A stretch of DNA of 63,764 nt, the filler included. It is 7 parts of 7 records of this genome, joined end to end, with 100 filler letters (N's around TTAATTAATTAA, not from the genome) between each part and the next. Parts side by side here need not be neighbours in the genome. Positions count along the whole stretch, not along the records: positions 12,643 to 20,965 come from DRR723986_24583; positions 21,066 to 27,541 come from DRR723986_24691; positions 27,642 to 36,602 come from DRR723986_24703; 4 more parts are not named here. The stretch is one strand, 5' to 3'. Shown here piece after piece: positions 19,457 to 27,954 of the stretch. The first letter of the stretch is position 1, and each line of letters starts with the position of its first letter. Under the pieces are notes generated by a model, which saw only the letters and a list, made by a program, of their open reading frames with translations, made no database searches and was not told the DNA's origin. A program made the translations under genes and the position numbers.

Positions 19457-20823
19457 TCGCGCGTATTCGCCATTTCACCCATGGCCAGGGCTTGATGAAT
19501 CGCGCGATGCGCAGTGCGGGCCTGAACCTGTTCGGCTTCGGCTTCTCGCAGATATTGCGACTGGCCTCGAACCTGATCCTGACGCGGCTTTTGTTCCCCG
19601 AGGCGTTCGGGGTCATGGCCATGGTTTCAGTGTTCCTTATGGGGCTCGCAATGTTCTCCGATGTCGGCGTCGGCCCGGCGATCATGCAGTCCAAACGCGG
19701 CGATGACCGCGATTTCCTGAACACCGCCTGGACGATCCAGATCATTCGCGGCGTCAGCCTGTGGCTGGTGGCCTGCTCGTTGACCTGGCCCATGGCGGTC
19801 TATTTTGGGGAACCGGATCTGATCTACTATCTGCCGGTCGCGGCCCTGACGCAGCTGGTCCTGGGTTTTACCCCGACCCGGCAAGAAACCGCGAACCGGC
19901 ATTTGCGCGCGGGGCGTGTCACCGTGCTGGACATGGGCACGCAGGTGATTGGCGTGCTTGTCGCGGTCGGATTGGCATGGGCGATGCAGTCGGTCTGGGC
20001 GCTGGTGATTTCCGGGGTGATATCGGCCATCGCGCAGGTTGTGCTCTATGACCTCTTCCTGCCGGGAGAGCGCAACCGCTTCCGGTGGGAGCGCGCCGCG
20101 TCGCAGGAGCTGATCCATTTCGGAAAATGGGTGTTTCTAAGCACCATCGCGGGCTTTGCCATCGGGCAGGCCGACAAGGTGGTGATCGGCGGCTGGCTGT
20201 CGACCCATGATTTCGGTATCTACAATATCGGCTTCTTCTGGGCGTCCTTTCCGTTCCTGATGGGCTCGGTCGTTGTGCGCAAGGTGATGATCCCGGTCTA
20301 TCGCGAAAGCCCGCCCGGCGAGAGCCGAGAGAATTTCCTGCGGCTGCGCAAGCTGCGCCTGCTGGCCACGGCGGGGATGATTTTAATCGCCATGGTGCCG
20401 GCCTTTTGCGGGCAGTGGCTGATCGAGACGCTGTATGATCCGCGCTATCTGGCCGCCGGTGGGATGGTGGTGCTGATATCGGTCGTGCAGCTTCCGGCCA
20501 TCATTGGCGTGACCTATGATCAGGCGGCGCTGGCGGTTGGCGACAGCAAACGGTTCTTCGTGCTGGCGGTAACGCGGGCTGTCTTCGTGGTGATTGGGAT
20601 GGTGGCGGGGATCACCTGGTTCGGCTTGCCCGGCGCGCTGGCGGGGCAGGGGCTGGCGATGCTGGCGGCGCATCCGGTGGTGGGTTGGCTGGCGTCCCGC
20701 AGCCGGGCCTGGGATCCGTTGCATGACCTGATCTATTTTGGCATCGGCGGTGGATTGTCCGCACTGGCACTTTGGTGGAACTGGCCGCTGATCCAGGCAT
20801 TGGCCGCGATCGGACCGGGGTAA
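19453..20823 (+). CDS. Wzx-type oligosaccharide flippase
   Basis: LTRLLFPEAFGVMA...FSDVG, many TM segments, ATGA overlap with the GT2 gene. Confidence 0.9.
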   Translation: MIARIRHFTHGQGLMNRAMRSAGLNLFGFGFSQILRLASNLILTRLLFPEAFGVMAMVSVFLMGLAMFSDVGVGPAIMQSKRGDDRDFLNTAWTIQIIRGVSLWLVACSLTWPMAVYFGEPDLIYYLPVAALTQLVLGFTPTRQETANRHLRAGRVTVLDMGTQVIGVLVAVGLAWAMQSVWALVISGVISAIAQVVLYDLFLPGERNRFRWERAASQELIHFGKWVFLSTIAGFAIGQADKVVIGGWLSTHDFGIYNIGFFWASFPFLMGSVVVRKVMIPVYRESPPGESRENFLRLRKLRLLATAGMILIAMVPAFCGQWLIETLYDPRYLAAGGMVVLISVVQLPAIIGVTYDQAALAVGDSKRFFVLAVTRAVFVVIGMVAGITWFGLPGALAGQGLAMLAAHPVVGWLASRSRAWDPLHDLIYFGIGGGLSALALWWNWPLIQALAAIGPG

Positions 20824-20915
20824 CGCCCGCGTCGACGCGGGCGGGGTCCGCGGTTTCGAAACCGCGGGATTGCGGACTTTCAAAAGTCCGCTGTCGCGAC
20901 GCGTCGACGCGTCGC
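20824..20915. repeat. Array of four 20-bp palindromes at a 24-bp period
   Basis: CGCCCGCGTCGACGCGGGCG (20824), CCGCGGTTTCGAAACCGCGG (20848), GCGGACTTTCAAAAGTCCGC (20872), GCGACGCGTCGACGCGTCGC (20896), separated by 4-nt gaps. Confidence 0.9.
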
Positions 20916-20965
20916 CTGCCGTCACACTGAATTGGAAAGTGCAGGCTTCTGTTGCCAGGTGCCTG

Positions 20966-21065
20966 NNNNNNNNNNNNNNNNNNNNNNNNNNNNNNNNNNN
21001 NNNNNNNNNTTAATTAATTAANNNNNNNNNNNNNNNNNNNNNNNNNNNNNNNNNNNNNNNNNNNN
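20966..21065. other. Artificial contig linker
   Basis: Same 100-nt N/TTAATTAATTAA/N spacer. Confidence 0.98.
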
Positions 21066-21547
21066 TGGCGCTGGCCGCCGGAAAGCTGGTGCGGACGACG
21101 TTTGGCAAATTGTTCCAGCTTGGTCAGCCGCAGCATTTCGGACACGCGCGCATCAACTTCCGAGGCCGGCAACTTGTCCTGCTTCAGACCGAAGGCAATG
21201 TTCTTCTCGACACTCATGTGCGGAAACAGCGCGTAGGACTGGAACATCATGTTGGAGGGACGCTTGAAGGGCGGAATTCCGGCCAGGTCCTGGCCATCCA
21301 GAAAGATCTGCCCTGATGTCGGTGTCTCGAAACCTGCCAGCATGCGCATCAAGGTGGTCTTGCCACAGCCCGAGCCACCAAGCAGCGCGAAAAACTCGCG
21401 CTCGTAGATTTTCAGGGACAGGTCTTTGACCGCGGTGAAATCACCGAACTTCTTTGTGACATTCCGGAATTCGATAAACGGTGTCTTGTCCGGATCGTCC
21501 CACGGGCTGTAGGCCCGACGCACCGGTCCAATCGATTTCTTCGCCAA
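21066..21547 (-). CDS. potG: Putrescine ABC transporter ATP-binding subunit, 3' truncated
   Basis: Walker A GGSGCGKT, FQSYALFPHM, LSGGQ; follows potF. Confidence 0.85.
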
Positions 21548-21587
21548 AACAATCTCCCACCCCTAAGAGACCTTCCCAAGACTAAAT

Positions 21588-21614
21588 CGCCGGACCCTTG
21601 GAAAGGGCCCGGCG
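21588..21614 (-). terminator. Intercistronic GC-rich hairpin between potF and potG
   Basis: CGCCGGACCCTT-GGA-AAGGGCCCGGCG; weak U tail, so may be an mRNA-stabilising stem rather than a terminator. Confidence 0.5.
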
Positions 21615-21628
21615 GTGTTCGTGTTCGC

Positions 21629-22723
21629 TTACTGACCGCTCTTGACCGAGGTCCAGGTGCGGGTCACGACCCGGTTCACCTTCGGAGGATAGGGGGTGAC
21701 GGTGTAGAGGTTCTTCACCGCTTCCTCGGTCGGGTAGATCGCCGGATCCCCGATCACGTCCTCGTTGAGGAATTCCTGCGACGCCTTGTTGCCGTTGGCG
21801 TAGTAGACGACGTTGGAAGCCTTCGCCATCACTTCAGGACGCATGATGTAGTTCAGGAACTCGTGCGCCTCTTCCTTGTGCGGAGCATCGGCCGGGATCG
21901 CCATCTGGTCGAACCACATCAGCGCGCCCTCTTTCGGGATCGAATATTCGACGGTCACGCCGTTGTCGGCTTCCGCCGCACGGTCGCGCGCCTGCAGAAC
22001 GTCACCGGACCAGCCGACCGCCAGGCAGATATCGCCATTGGCAAGAGCGTTGATGTATTCGGAAGAATGGAACTTCTGGATGTACGGGCGAACCGACATC
22101 AGGAGTTCACCGGCCTTTTCGATTTCCGCCGGGTCCTTGCTGTCCGGATCGAGACCCAGATAGTTGAGGGCAGCCGGGATCAGCTCGGTCGGAGCGTCCA
22201 GGATGAACACGCCGCAATCCTTCAGCTTCTCGATGTTCTCCTTCTTGAACAGGAGATCCCAGCTGTCCACCGGCGGGTTGTCGCCGAGCGCGGCCTTCAC
22301 CTTGTCGACATTGTAGCCGAAGCCGGTGGTGCCCCACATGTAGTTGATCGAGTGCTTGTTGCCCGGATCATACTTGTCGACGCGTGCCTCGATGTCCTTC
22401 CACATGTTGGACAGGTTGGTCAGCTTGGACTTGTCGAGTTCAGAGAAAACACCGGCCTGAATCTGGCGGGCCAGGAAGGTTCCGGTCGGGACGACGACAT
22501 CGTAGCCGGTACCGCCTGCCAGCAGCTTGGTTTCCAGCACTTCGTTGCTGTCGAACACGTCGTAGACAACCTTGATGCCGGTTTCCTTGGTGAAGTCTTC
22601 CAGAATGGTCTCGTCGATGTAGTCGGACCAGTTGTAGACATTCACGACCTTGTCCTGGGCGAATGCAGCACCGCTCATCAGGCTGAGAACGGCGACCCCG
22701 GTCAACATGGATTTAAACGTCAT
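21629..22723 (-). CDS. potF: Putrescine ABC transporter periplasmic binding protein
   Basis: VNVYNWSDYI, YDVFDSNEVLE, YMWGTTG, GWSGD, PKEGA motifs; signal peptide. Confidence 0.93.
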   Translation of the reverse strand: MTFKSMLTGVAVLSLMSGAAFAQDKVVNVYNWSDYIDETILEDFTKETGIKVVYDVFDSNEVLETKLLAGGTGYDVVVPTGTFLARQIQAGVFSELDKSKLTNLSNMWKDIEARVDKYDPGNKHSINYMWGTTGFGYNVDKVKAALGDNPPVDSWDLLFKKENIEKLKDCGVFILDAPTELIPAALNYLGLDPDSKDPAEIEKAGELLMSVRPYIQKFHSSEYINALANGDICLAVGWSGDVLQARDRAAEADNGVTVEYSIPKEGALMWFDQMAIPADAPHKEEAHEFLNYIMRPEVMAKASNVVYYANGNKASQEFLNEDVIGDPAIYPTEEAVKNLYTVTPYPPKVNRVVTRTWTSVKSGQ

Positions 22724-22873
22724 TTGAGAACTCCCCTCAGAGTTTTGTCAGTGGCCCTTTGATGGCCTAGTGCCTGAATGCAAATGGACATTTGCGCTGT
22801 TTGCGTCTTGTCTGTCCCGCAGATTGGCTATGGTGCCGGTTTTTGTCCAGCGTCGATTTTGGGCAGCAGCCGA

Positions 22874-24262
22874 TCACAAATACGTCTGTCGCTCAAGCGA
22901 TGAGATCTCCCGCCCAAATTCGTTCAGTTCCTCCCGTTTGATCTCGGTAAGTACCTTGTGCATTTCCTTTCCGACCGCCTGTTTCATCAGCTTGGAGGCT
23001 TCAAAAGCATCAATGGCTTCGTCCATCCAGGGGGTCAGTCGCTTCTTGCGTTTCTCATACGCATTGCCGGTCACAGGCGCAGGCGGATCCTTTTTCAGCC
23101 TGAGGCCTTCCATCATGCCGGCGAGAATGCCCGTCAGCACAAGATAGGGGTTGGCGTCGGCGCCTGCGATCCGGTGTTCGACACGGGCAGCTTCCGGTGT
23201 CGAGGCAGGAACCCGCAACGCCACGGAGCGATTGTCGTAGCCCCAGCAGATGGAGGCCGGGGCATAGGAGCCAGGCTGCATCCGGCGGAAGCCGTTGAAG
23301 GTGGAAATGAACAGCAACAGGGCTTCCGGCATGGTCTTCAAAAGACCGTTGATGGCATATCCCAGCCGGTCTGCGCCGGTTTCCGGATCCGCGAACAAAT
23401 TGCCGTTATCGTCTTCCATGGACACGTGCACATGCATGCCGTTGCCGGGCCATTCCACAAAAGGCTTGGCCATGAAGGACGCCTTGAGTTCGTGCTTGCG
23501 GGCGACACCTGCCACCAGGCGGCGCAGCATGACAACGTCATCGGCCGCCAGGAGCGGATTGCGACGATGGTGCAGGTTGAGTTCGAACTGGCCAGGCGCG
23601 GCTTCGGAAACTGCGGCGTCCGCCGGAATGCCCTGAACCTCGCAGGCCTTCCGCAGATCGTCCACCACCGGCAGCAAGGCCTCCAGGTCGGACAGCGCGT
23701 ACATGTTCTGGCGGGCAGGGCCGAGATGAGTGGAGAACAGCGGCTTGGGCTGCTCCGTCCAGTCGCCGTCACTTTCCTCGAACAGATAGAATTCCAACTC
23801 GAAGGCACAGGTGGCGGTCACGCCGAATTCGTCCTTCAGCCGGTCGACCATGTTTTCCAGAACGTGACGCGGGTCTGCCAGGAACGGATCGCCGTCCCGG
23901 TCGTACATGGACAAAAGCACCTGGGCGGTCTTGCGGTCGGTCCAGGGAACAAGCTTCAGCGTTTCGGGGATCGGCCAGCAGACACCGTCCTTGTCACCCG
24001 TTTCCAGATGCATGCCGGTGGCCTCGACCTCGCGCCCCCAGACATCCAGCCCGTAAAGCGAATAGGGAAAGGCCACGCCGCCCTCGAATACCTTTTCGAG
24101 CGCCTTGCCCGGCAGCCACTTGCCGCGCAGCACGCCGTTGGTATCGGGCAGAATGACCTCGAGCGTATCAAGATCGGGATGGGCGGCCATGAAGGCCTCG
24201 AAGTCCGTCTTCCAACCGGGCAGCGCCGGATGCTCGAGGATCTGGTGGGGAAGCTCGTTCAT
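22874..24262 (-). CDS. Glutamine synthetase-like gamma-glutamyl-polyamine ligase (PuuA-like)
   Basis: DTNGVLRGK, EAAPGQFE, GNGMHVH, WGYDNR and EHRIAGADANPYL; polyamine gene context. Confidence 0.88.
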   Translation of the reverse strand: MNELPHQILEHPALPGWKTDFEAFMAAHPDLDTLEVILPDTNGVLRGKWLPGKALEKVFEGGVAFPYSLYGLDVWGREVEATGMHLETGDKDGVCWPIPETLKLVPWTDRKTAQVLLSMYDRDGDPFLADPRHVLENMVDRLKDEFGVTATCAFELEFYLFEESDGDWTEQPKPLFSTHLGPARQNMYALSDLEALLPVVDDLRKACEVQGIPADAAVSEAAPGQFELNLHHRRNPLLAADDVVMLRRLVAGVARKHELKASFMAKPFVEWPGNGMHVHVSMEDDNGNLFADPETGADRLGYAINGLLKTMPEALLLFISTFNGFRRMQPGSYAPASICWGYDNRSVALRVPASTPEAARVEHRIAGADANPYLVLTGILAGMMEGLRLKKDPPAPVTGNAYEKRKKRLTPWMDEAIDAFEASKLMKQAVGKEMHKVLTEIKREELNEFGREISSLERQTYL

Positions 24263-24347
24263 TTAGAGTTTTTACGCCCCTGCGTCTTGCTGGACTAAGC
24301 CGTCCGCACTCCTGCGGCAGCCGGCAGCTTTTGTTTGCGTCCTTTTC

Positions 24348-24365
24348 AAAAATGTGATCACTTTC
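24348..24365. promoter_or_regulatory. Candidate GntR operator (TGTGATCAC core)
   Basis: AAAAATGTGATCACTTTC in the divergent promoter; same core as the palindrome at 25159. Confidence 0.55.
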
Positions 24366-24426
24366 GGAAAACCCTGTCAAGCGGGATCGCATAAATTGAC
24401 CGTTTGACTTTTTCGGGAGGACGTCT

Positions 24427-25140
24427 TTGGCCCTTCGGCAATCCGCTTTGCAATCCGGCCCCGTGAAGGAGGCCAGCGGCCCCTCCACGTCCCGTGGCGC
24501 AACTCGTGGGCAGGTCGACAATGCCGTCCGGTCCGGGCTGCTTACAGGCCGGTTCATACCTGGAAAAGCCGTGACAATCCGGGGGCTTGCCGCGGAACTT
24601 GGCGTAAGCCCGATGCCAGTGCGCGAAGTGCTGCAACGGCTTGCGGCTGAAAACGCTCTCGAGGTGAAACCGAACGGCCGGGTACAAATACCCGACATGA
24701 CCCCGGCCCGCTTCGACGAGGTGCTGAAAGCAAGACTTCTTCTGGAACCGGAACTGGCCGAACTGGCCCTGCCGCACCTGACATCCAAGGATGCAAAGGA
24801 CCTTCAATCGATCGATGACGACATCGACGAGCGGCTCACAAGTGGCGATGCAGAAGCCTACATGCGACTCAACCACGCCTTTCACTTTCGTATTTACAGA
24901 GCATCCGGGTCCAAGGTTCTGCTGCCGCTGATCGACAGTCTCTGGCTGCAGTTCGCGCCATTCATGCGCACGGTTTACGGACGGGTCGGCACTGCCAGCC
25001 TTGAGGACCGTCACAAGGAAGCCATCCGCGCGATCGAAGATCAGGACGGTCCTGCACTGCGGGCCGCGATCGCGGCCGATATTGCCGACGGCATGGGGCT
25101 TCTCGGCAAGGAAATCCTGTCAAATGCATCAGGCGGTTGA
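24427..25140 (+). CDS. GntR/FadR-family regulator with FCD domain
   Basis: LAAELGVSPMPVRE wHTH; NHAFH and H...I.AI FCD motifs. Confidence 0.9.
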   Translation: MALRQSALQSGPVKEASGPSTSRGATRGQVDNAVRSGLLTGRFIPGKAVTIRGLAAELGVSPMPVREVLQRLAAENALEVKPNGRVQIPDMTPARFDEVLKARLLLEPELAELALPHLTSKDAKDLQSIDDDIDERLTSGDAEAYMRLNHAFHFRIYRASGSKVLLPLIDSLWLQFAPFMRTVYGRVGTASLEDRHKEAIRAIEDQDGPALRAAIAADIADGMGLLGKEILSNASGG

Positions 25141-25158
25141 TCCTTTTTGAAAGCCATG

Positions 25159-25180
25159 TCATTTTGTGATCACAAAATGA
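25159..25180. promoter_or_regulatory. Perfect 22-bp palindrome, candidate GntR operator
   Basis: TCATTTTGTGATCACAAAATGA upstream of the second GS-like gene. Confidence 0.7.
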
Positions 25181-25292
25181 TTTCTCCGACCCGGGGCAGC
25201 CCCATGCAGACAGGCACTTGATAACGCCCCTGTTTGCCGTCCAAATGGCCTTCCCTGCCCCGGCCAAAGTGCCAAAACCATTGGAGCTTCTT

Positions 25293-26699
25293 GTGACTGC
25301 TGAAACGCCTGCCAGCGAAAGCGAAAATCCGATCGACAGCCTGCGCGGCGTTCCGGATGTCGATGCGGCCCGTGACTGGCTCAACGCGCGCAACATCCAG
25401 GACATCGAATGCATCGTTCCGGACCTTGCCGGTGTTGCCCGCGGCAAGATGATGCCGACTGGCAAGTTTTTCTCCGGCCCGGTGATGACGATGCCTGCTT
25501 CGATCTTCGCGCAGACGATCTCGGGCGATTATCCGGACGACGACGACTGGTTTCAGCACAACCCCATCGACGGCGATCTCTATTTCAAGCCCGACTACAG
25601 CACGCTTACCACCGTGCCCTGGGAAAGCGACCCGACCGCGCAGCTGATCCACGACGCCGTCACCCGGCAGGGTGCACCGGTCGAGACCGCGCCGCGCAAT
25701 GTCTTGAAGCGTGTTCTCAAACTCTACGAGGACAAGGGCTGGGAGCCTGTCGTGGCGCCGGAAATCGAGTTTTACCTCGTCCGTCCAAACACGGATCCTG
25801 ACTATCCGCTTGAGCCGCCGCGAGGCCGGTCCGGCCGTCCGGAAGTCGGCCGGCAGTCCTATTCGATTTCCGCATTGAACGAATTCGACGACCTGATCGA
25901 CGACATCTACGACCTGTCGGAACAGCAGGGCCTCGAGATCGACACGATGATTCACGAGGAAGGCGCAGCGCAGATGGAAATCAACCTGCGCCATGGCCAA
26001 CCGCTGGCCCTGGCCGACCAGGTGTTCCTGTTCAAGCGCACCATCCGTGAGGCCGCGCTTCGTCACGAAATGTATGCCACCTTCATGTCGAAGCCGATGT
26101 CGAACCAGCCCGGTTCGGCGATGCATATTCACCAGTCGGTGGTCGACAAGGAAACCGGCCTCAACATCTTCGCAGATGAAAACGGCGAGGAAACACAGGC
26201 ATTCCTGTCGTTCATCGCCGGTCACCAGCGGTTTCTTCCGCGGGTCACCTGCATCATGGCGCCTTTCGTCAATTCCTATCGCCGGTTCTCCAAGACCTCG
26301 ACCGCACCGGTGAATGTCTACTGGGGCTACGACAACCGCACGGTGGGTTTGCGTGTGCCTTATTCCAACGCCCAGGCACGTCGTCTGGAAAACCGGGTAC
26401 CGGGGTCCGACGTCAACCCGTATCTCGCGATCGCCGCAAGCCTTGCCTGCGGGTACCTGGGAATGGTCCACGGGCTCAAGCCGGATTCGCCGAAATCCGA
26501 CGACTGCTCGGAACGGTCCAAGTCCCTGCCGCGAGGTCTGCCAGAGGCGCTGGCCAAGTTCGAAAAATCCGACGAGATGATCGAGGTATTCGGCGAACAG
26601 TTCGTCGCCACCTACCGCGCGATCAAATACGAGGAATTTGAAACCTTCATGTCCGTGATCAGCCCCTGGGAGCGGGAATACCTGCTGCTCAACGTCTGA
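25293..26699 (+). CDS. Glutamine synthetase-like gamma-glutamyl-polyamine ligase (SpuI/SpuB-like)
   Basis: DLAGVARGK, HEEGAAQME, GSAMHIH, WGYDNRT, ENRVPG; GTG start after GGAG. Confidence 0.88.
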   Translation: MTAETPASESENPIDSLRGVPDVDAARDWLNARNIQDIECIVPDLAGVARGKMMPTGKFFSGPVMTMPASIFAQTISGDYPDDDDWFQHNPIDGDLYFKPDYSTLTTVPWESDPTAQLIHDAVTRQGAPVETAPRNVLKRVLKLYEDKGWEPVVAPEIEFYLVRPNTDPDYPLEPPRGRSGRPEVGRQSYSISALNEFDDLIDDIYDLSEQQGLEIDTMIHEEGAAQMEINLRHGQPLALADQVFLFKRTIREAALRHEMYATFMSKPMSNQPGSAMHIHQSVVDKETGLNIFADENGEETQAFLSFIAGHQRFLPRVTCIMAPFVNSYRRFSKTSTAPVNVYWGYDNRTVGLRVPYSNAQARRLENRVPGSDVNPYLAIAASLACGYLGMVHGLKPDSPKSDDCSERSKSLPRGLPEALAKFEKSDEMIEVFGEQFVATYRAIKYEEFETFMSVISPWEREYLLLNV

Positions 26700-26730
26700 T
26701 CCCGTCTGTCACTATCCGGAGCGTTCGCCA

Positions 26731-27541
26731 ATGACGGCCCATTCCAACATCTATCCGACCAAGGCCCTTCAGGAGCTCGATGCCGCCCATCACTGGCATC
26801 CTTTTTCCGACATGAAGTCGCTGAACCAGGAAGGCAGCCGGGTGATCACCCATGCCGACGGTATCTGGCTGACGGATTCGGAAGGCAACCGGATCCTCGA
26901 CGGCATGGCCGGTCTGTGGTGCGTGCAGGTTGGCCATGGCCGCAAGGAGATTGCGGATGCGGTCTACAAGCAGATGAACGAACTGTCCTATTACAACACG
27001 TTCTTCAAAACGACCCATCCGCCCGCAATTGCCTTGTCTGAAAAGCTGGCGAAACTGGCACCCGATCACATCAACAGGGTGTTCTACTGCTCGTCCGGGT
27101 CCGAGGCCAACGACACCGTATTCCGCATGGTCCGCACCTATTGGGACAAGATGGGCAAGCCGGACAAGAAGGTGATCATCGGCCGCTGGAACGGCTATCA
27201 CGGCTCGACGCTCGCCGGCACCAGCCTCGGCGGCATGAAGGGCATGCACCAGCAGGGCGACCTTCCGGTTCCGGGCGTGCATCACATCGACCAGCCCTAC
27301 TGGTTCGGTGAAGGCCATGAAATGAGCCCGGAAGAGTTCGGCGTCTTTGCCGCGCGCAAACTGGAAGAAGCCATTGACGAAATCGGTGAGGACAAGGTTG
27401 CGGCCTTCATCGCCGAACCGATCCAGGGCGCCGGTGGTGTCATCATTCCGCCGGAGACCTATTGGCCGGAAATCCGCCGTATTCTCGACGAACGGGATAT
27501 CCTCTTCGTTTCCGACGAGGTCATCTGCGGCTTCGGCCGTC
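26731..27541 (+). CDS. spuC: Class III aminotransferase (putrescine-pyruvate type), 3' truncated
   Basis: HHWHPF, DGMAGLWC, SGSEAND, YHGST, AEPIQGAGGV, DEVICGFGR. Confidence 0.8.
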
Positions 27542-27641
27542 NNNNNNNNNNNNNNNNNNNNNNNNNNNNNNNNNNNNNNNNNNNNTTAATTAATTAANNN
27601 NNNNNNNNNNNNNNNNNNNNNNNNNNNNNNNNNNNNNNNNN
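27542..27641. other. Artificial contig linker
   Basis: Same 100-nt spacer. Confidence 0.98.
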
Positions 27642-27954
27642 ATTACTCAATTAACCGCGTTACCCACTAGACTGCCACAAATATTCCAGCCTCAAACTCT
27701 AGACCCAACAAACACACTATCCCAGTAAAACAGCCAAAAAAAACAGCAATCCCAGATCCATTAAACACCAAACAAACTGCTCAACCGCAAGCGACAAGTA
27801 TTAACATTTGACTCAAAAACTAGCAACAGACTCATCATCTTGCGGCAGCTGCATCAATGCCAAACAAAACAATCATAAACGCGGCAAAGCGCATGCGCCG
27901 CGGAACCCACTTAAACATATTTGGCCAATCAACTTCACACCAGACCGGCGCACA

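Noticed and set aside
27642-27830. CA-rich skewed tract at the fragment start, and the GT-rich tract at 63570-63764
   Set aside because: Low-complexity strand bias at contig ends with no definable repeat unit.
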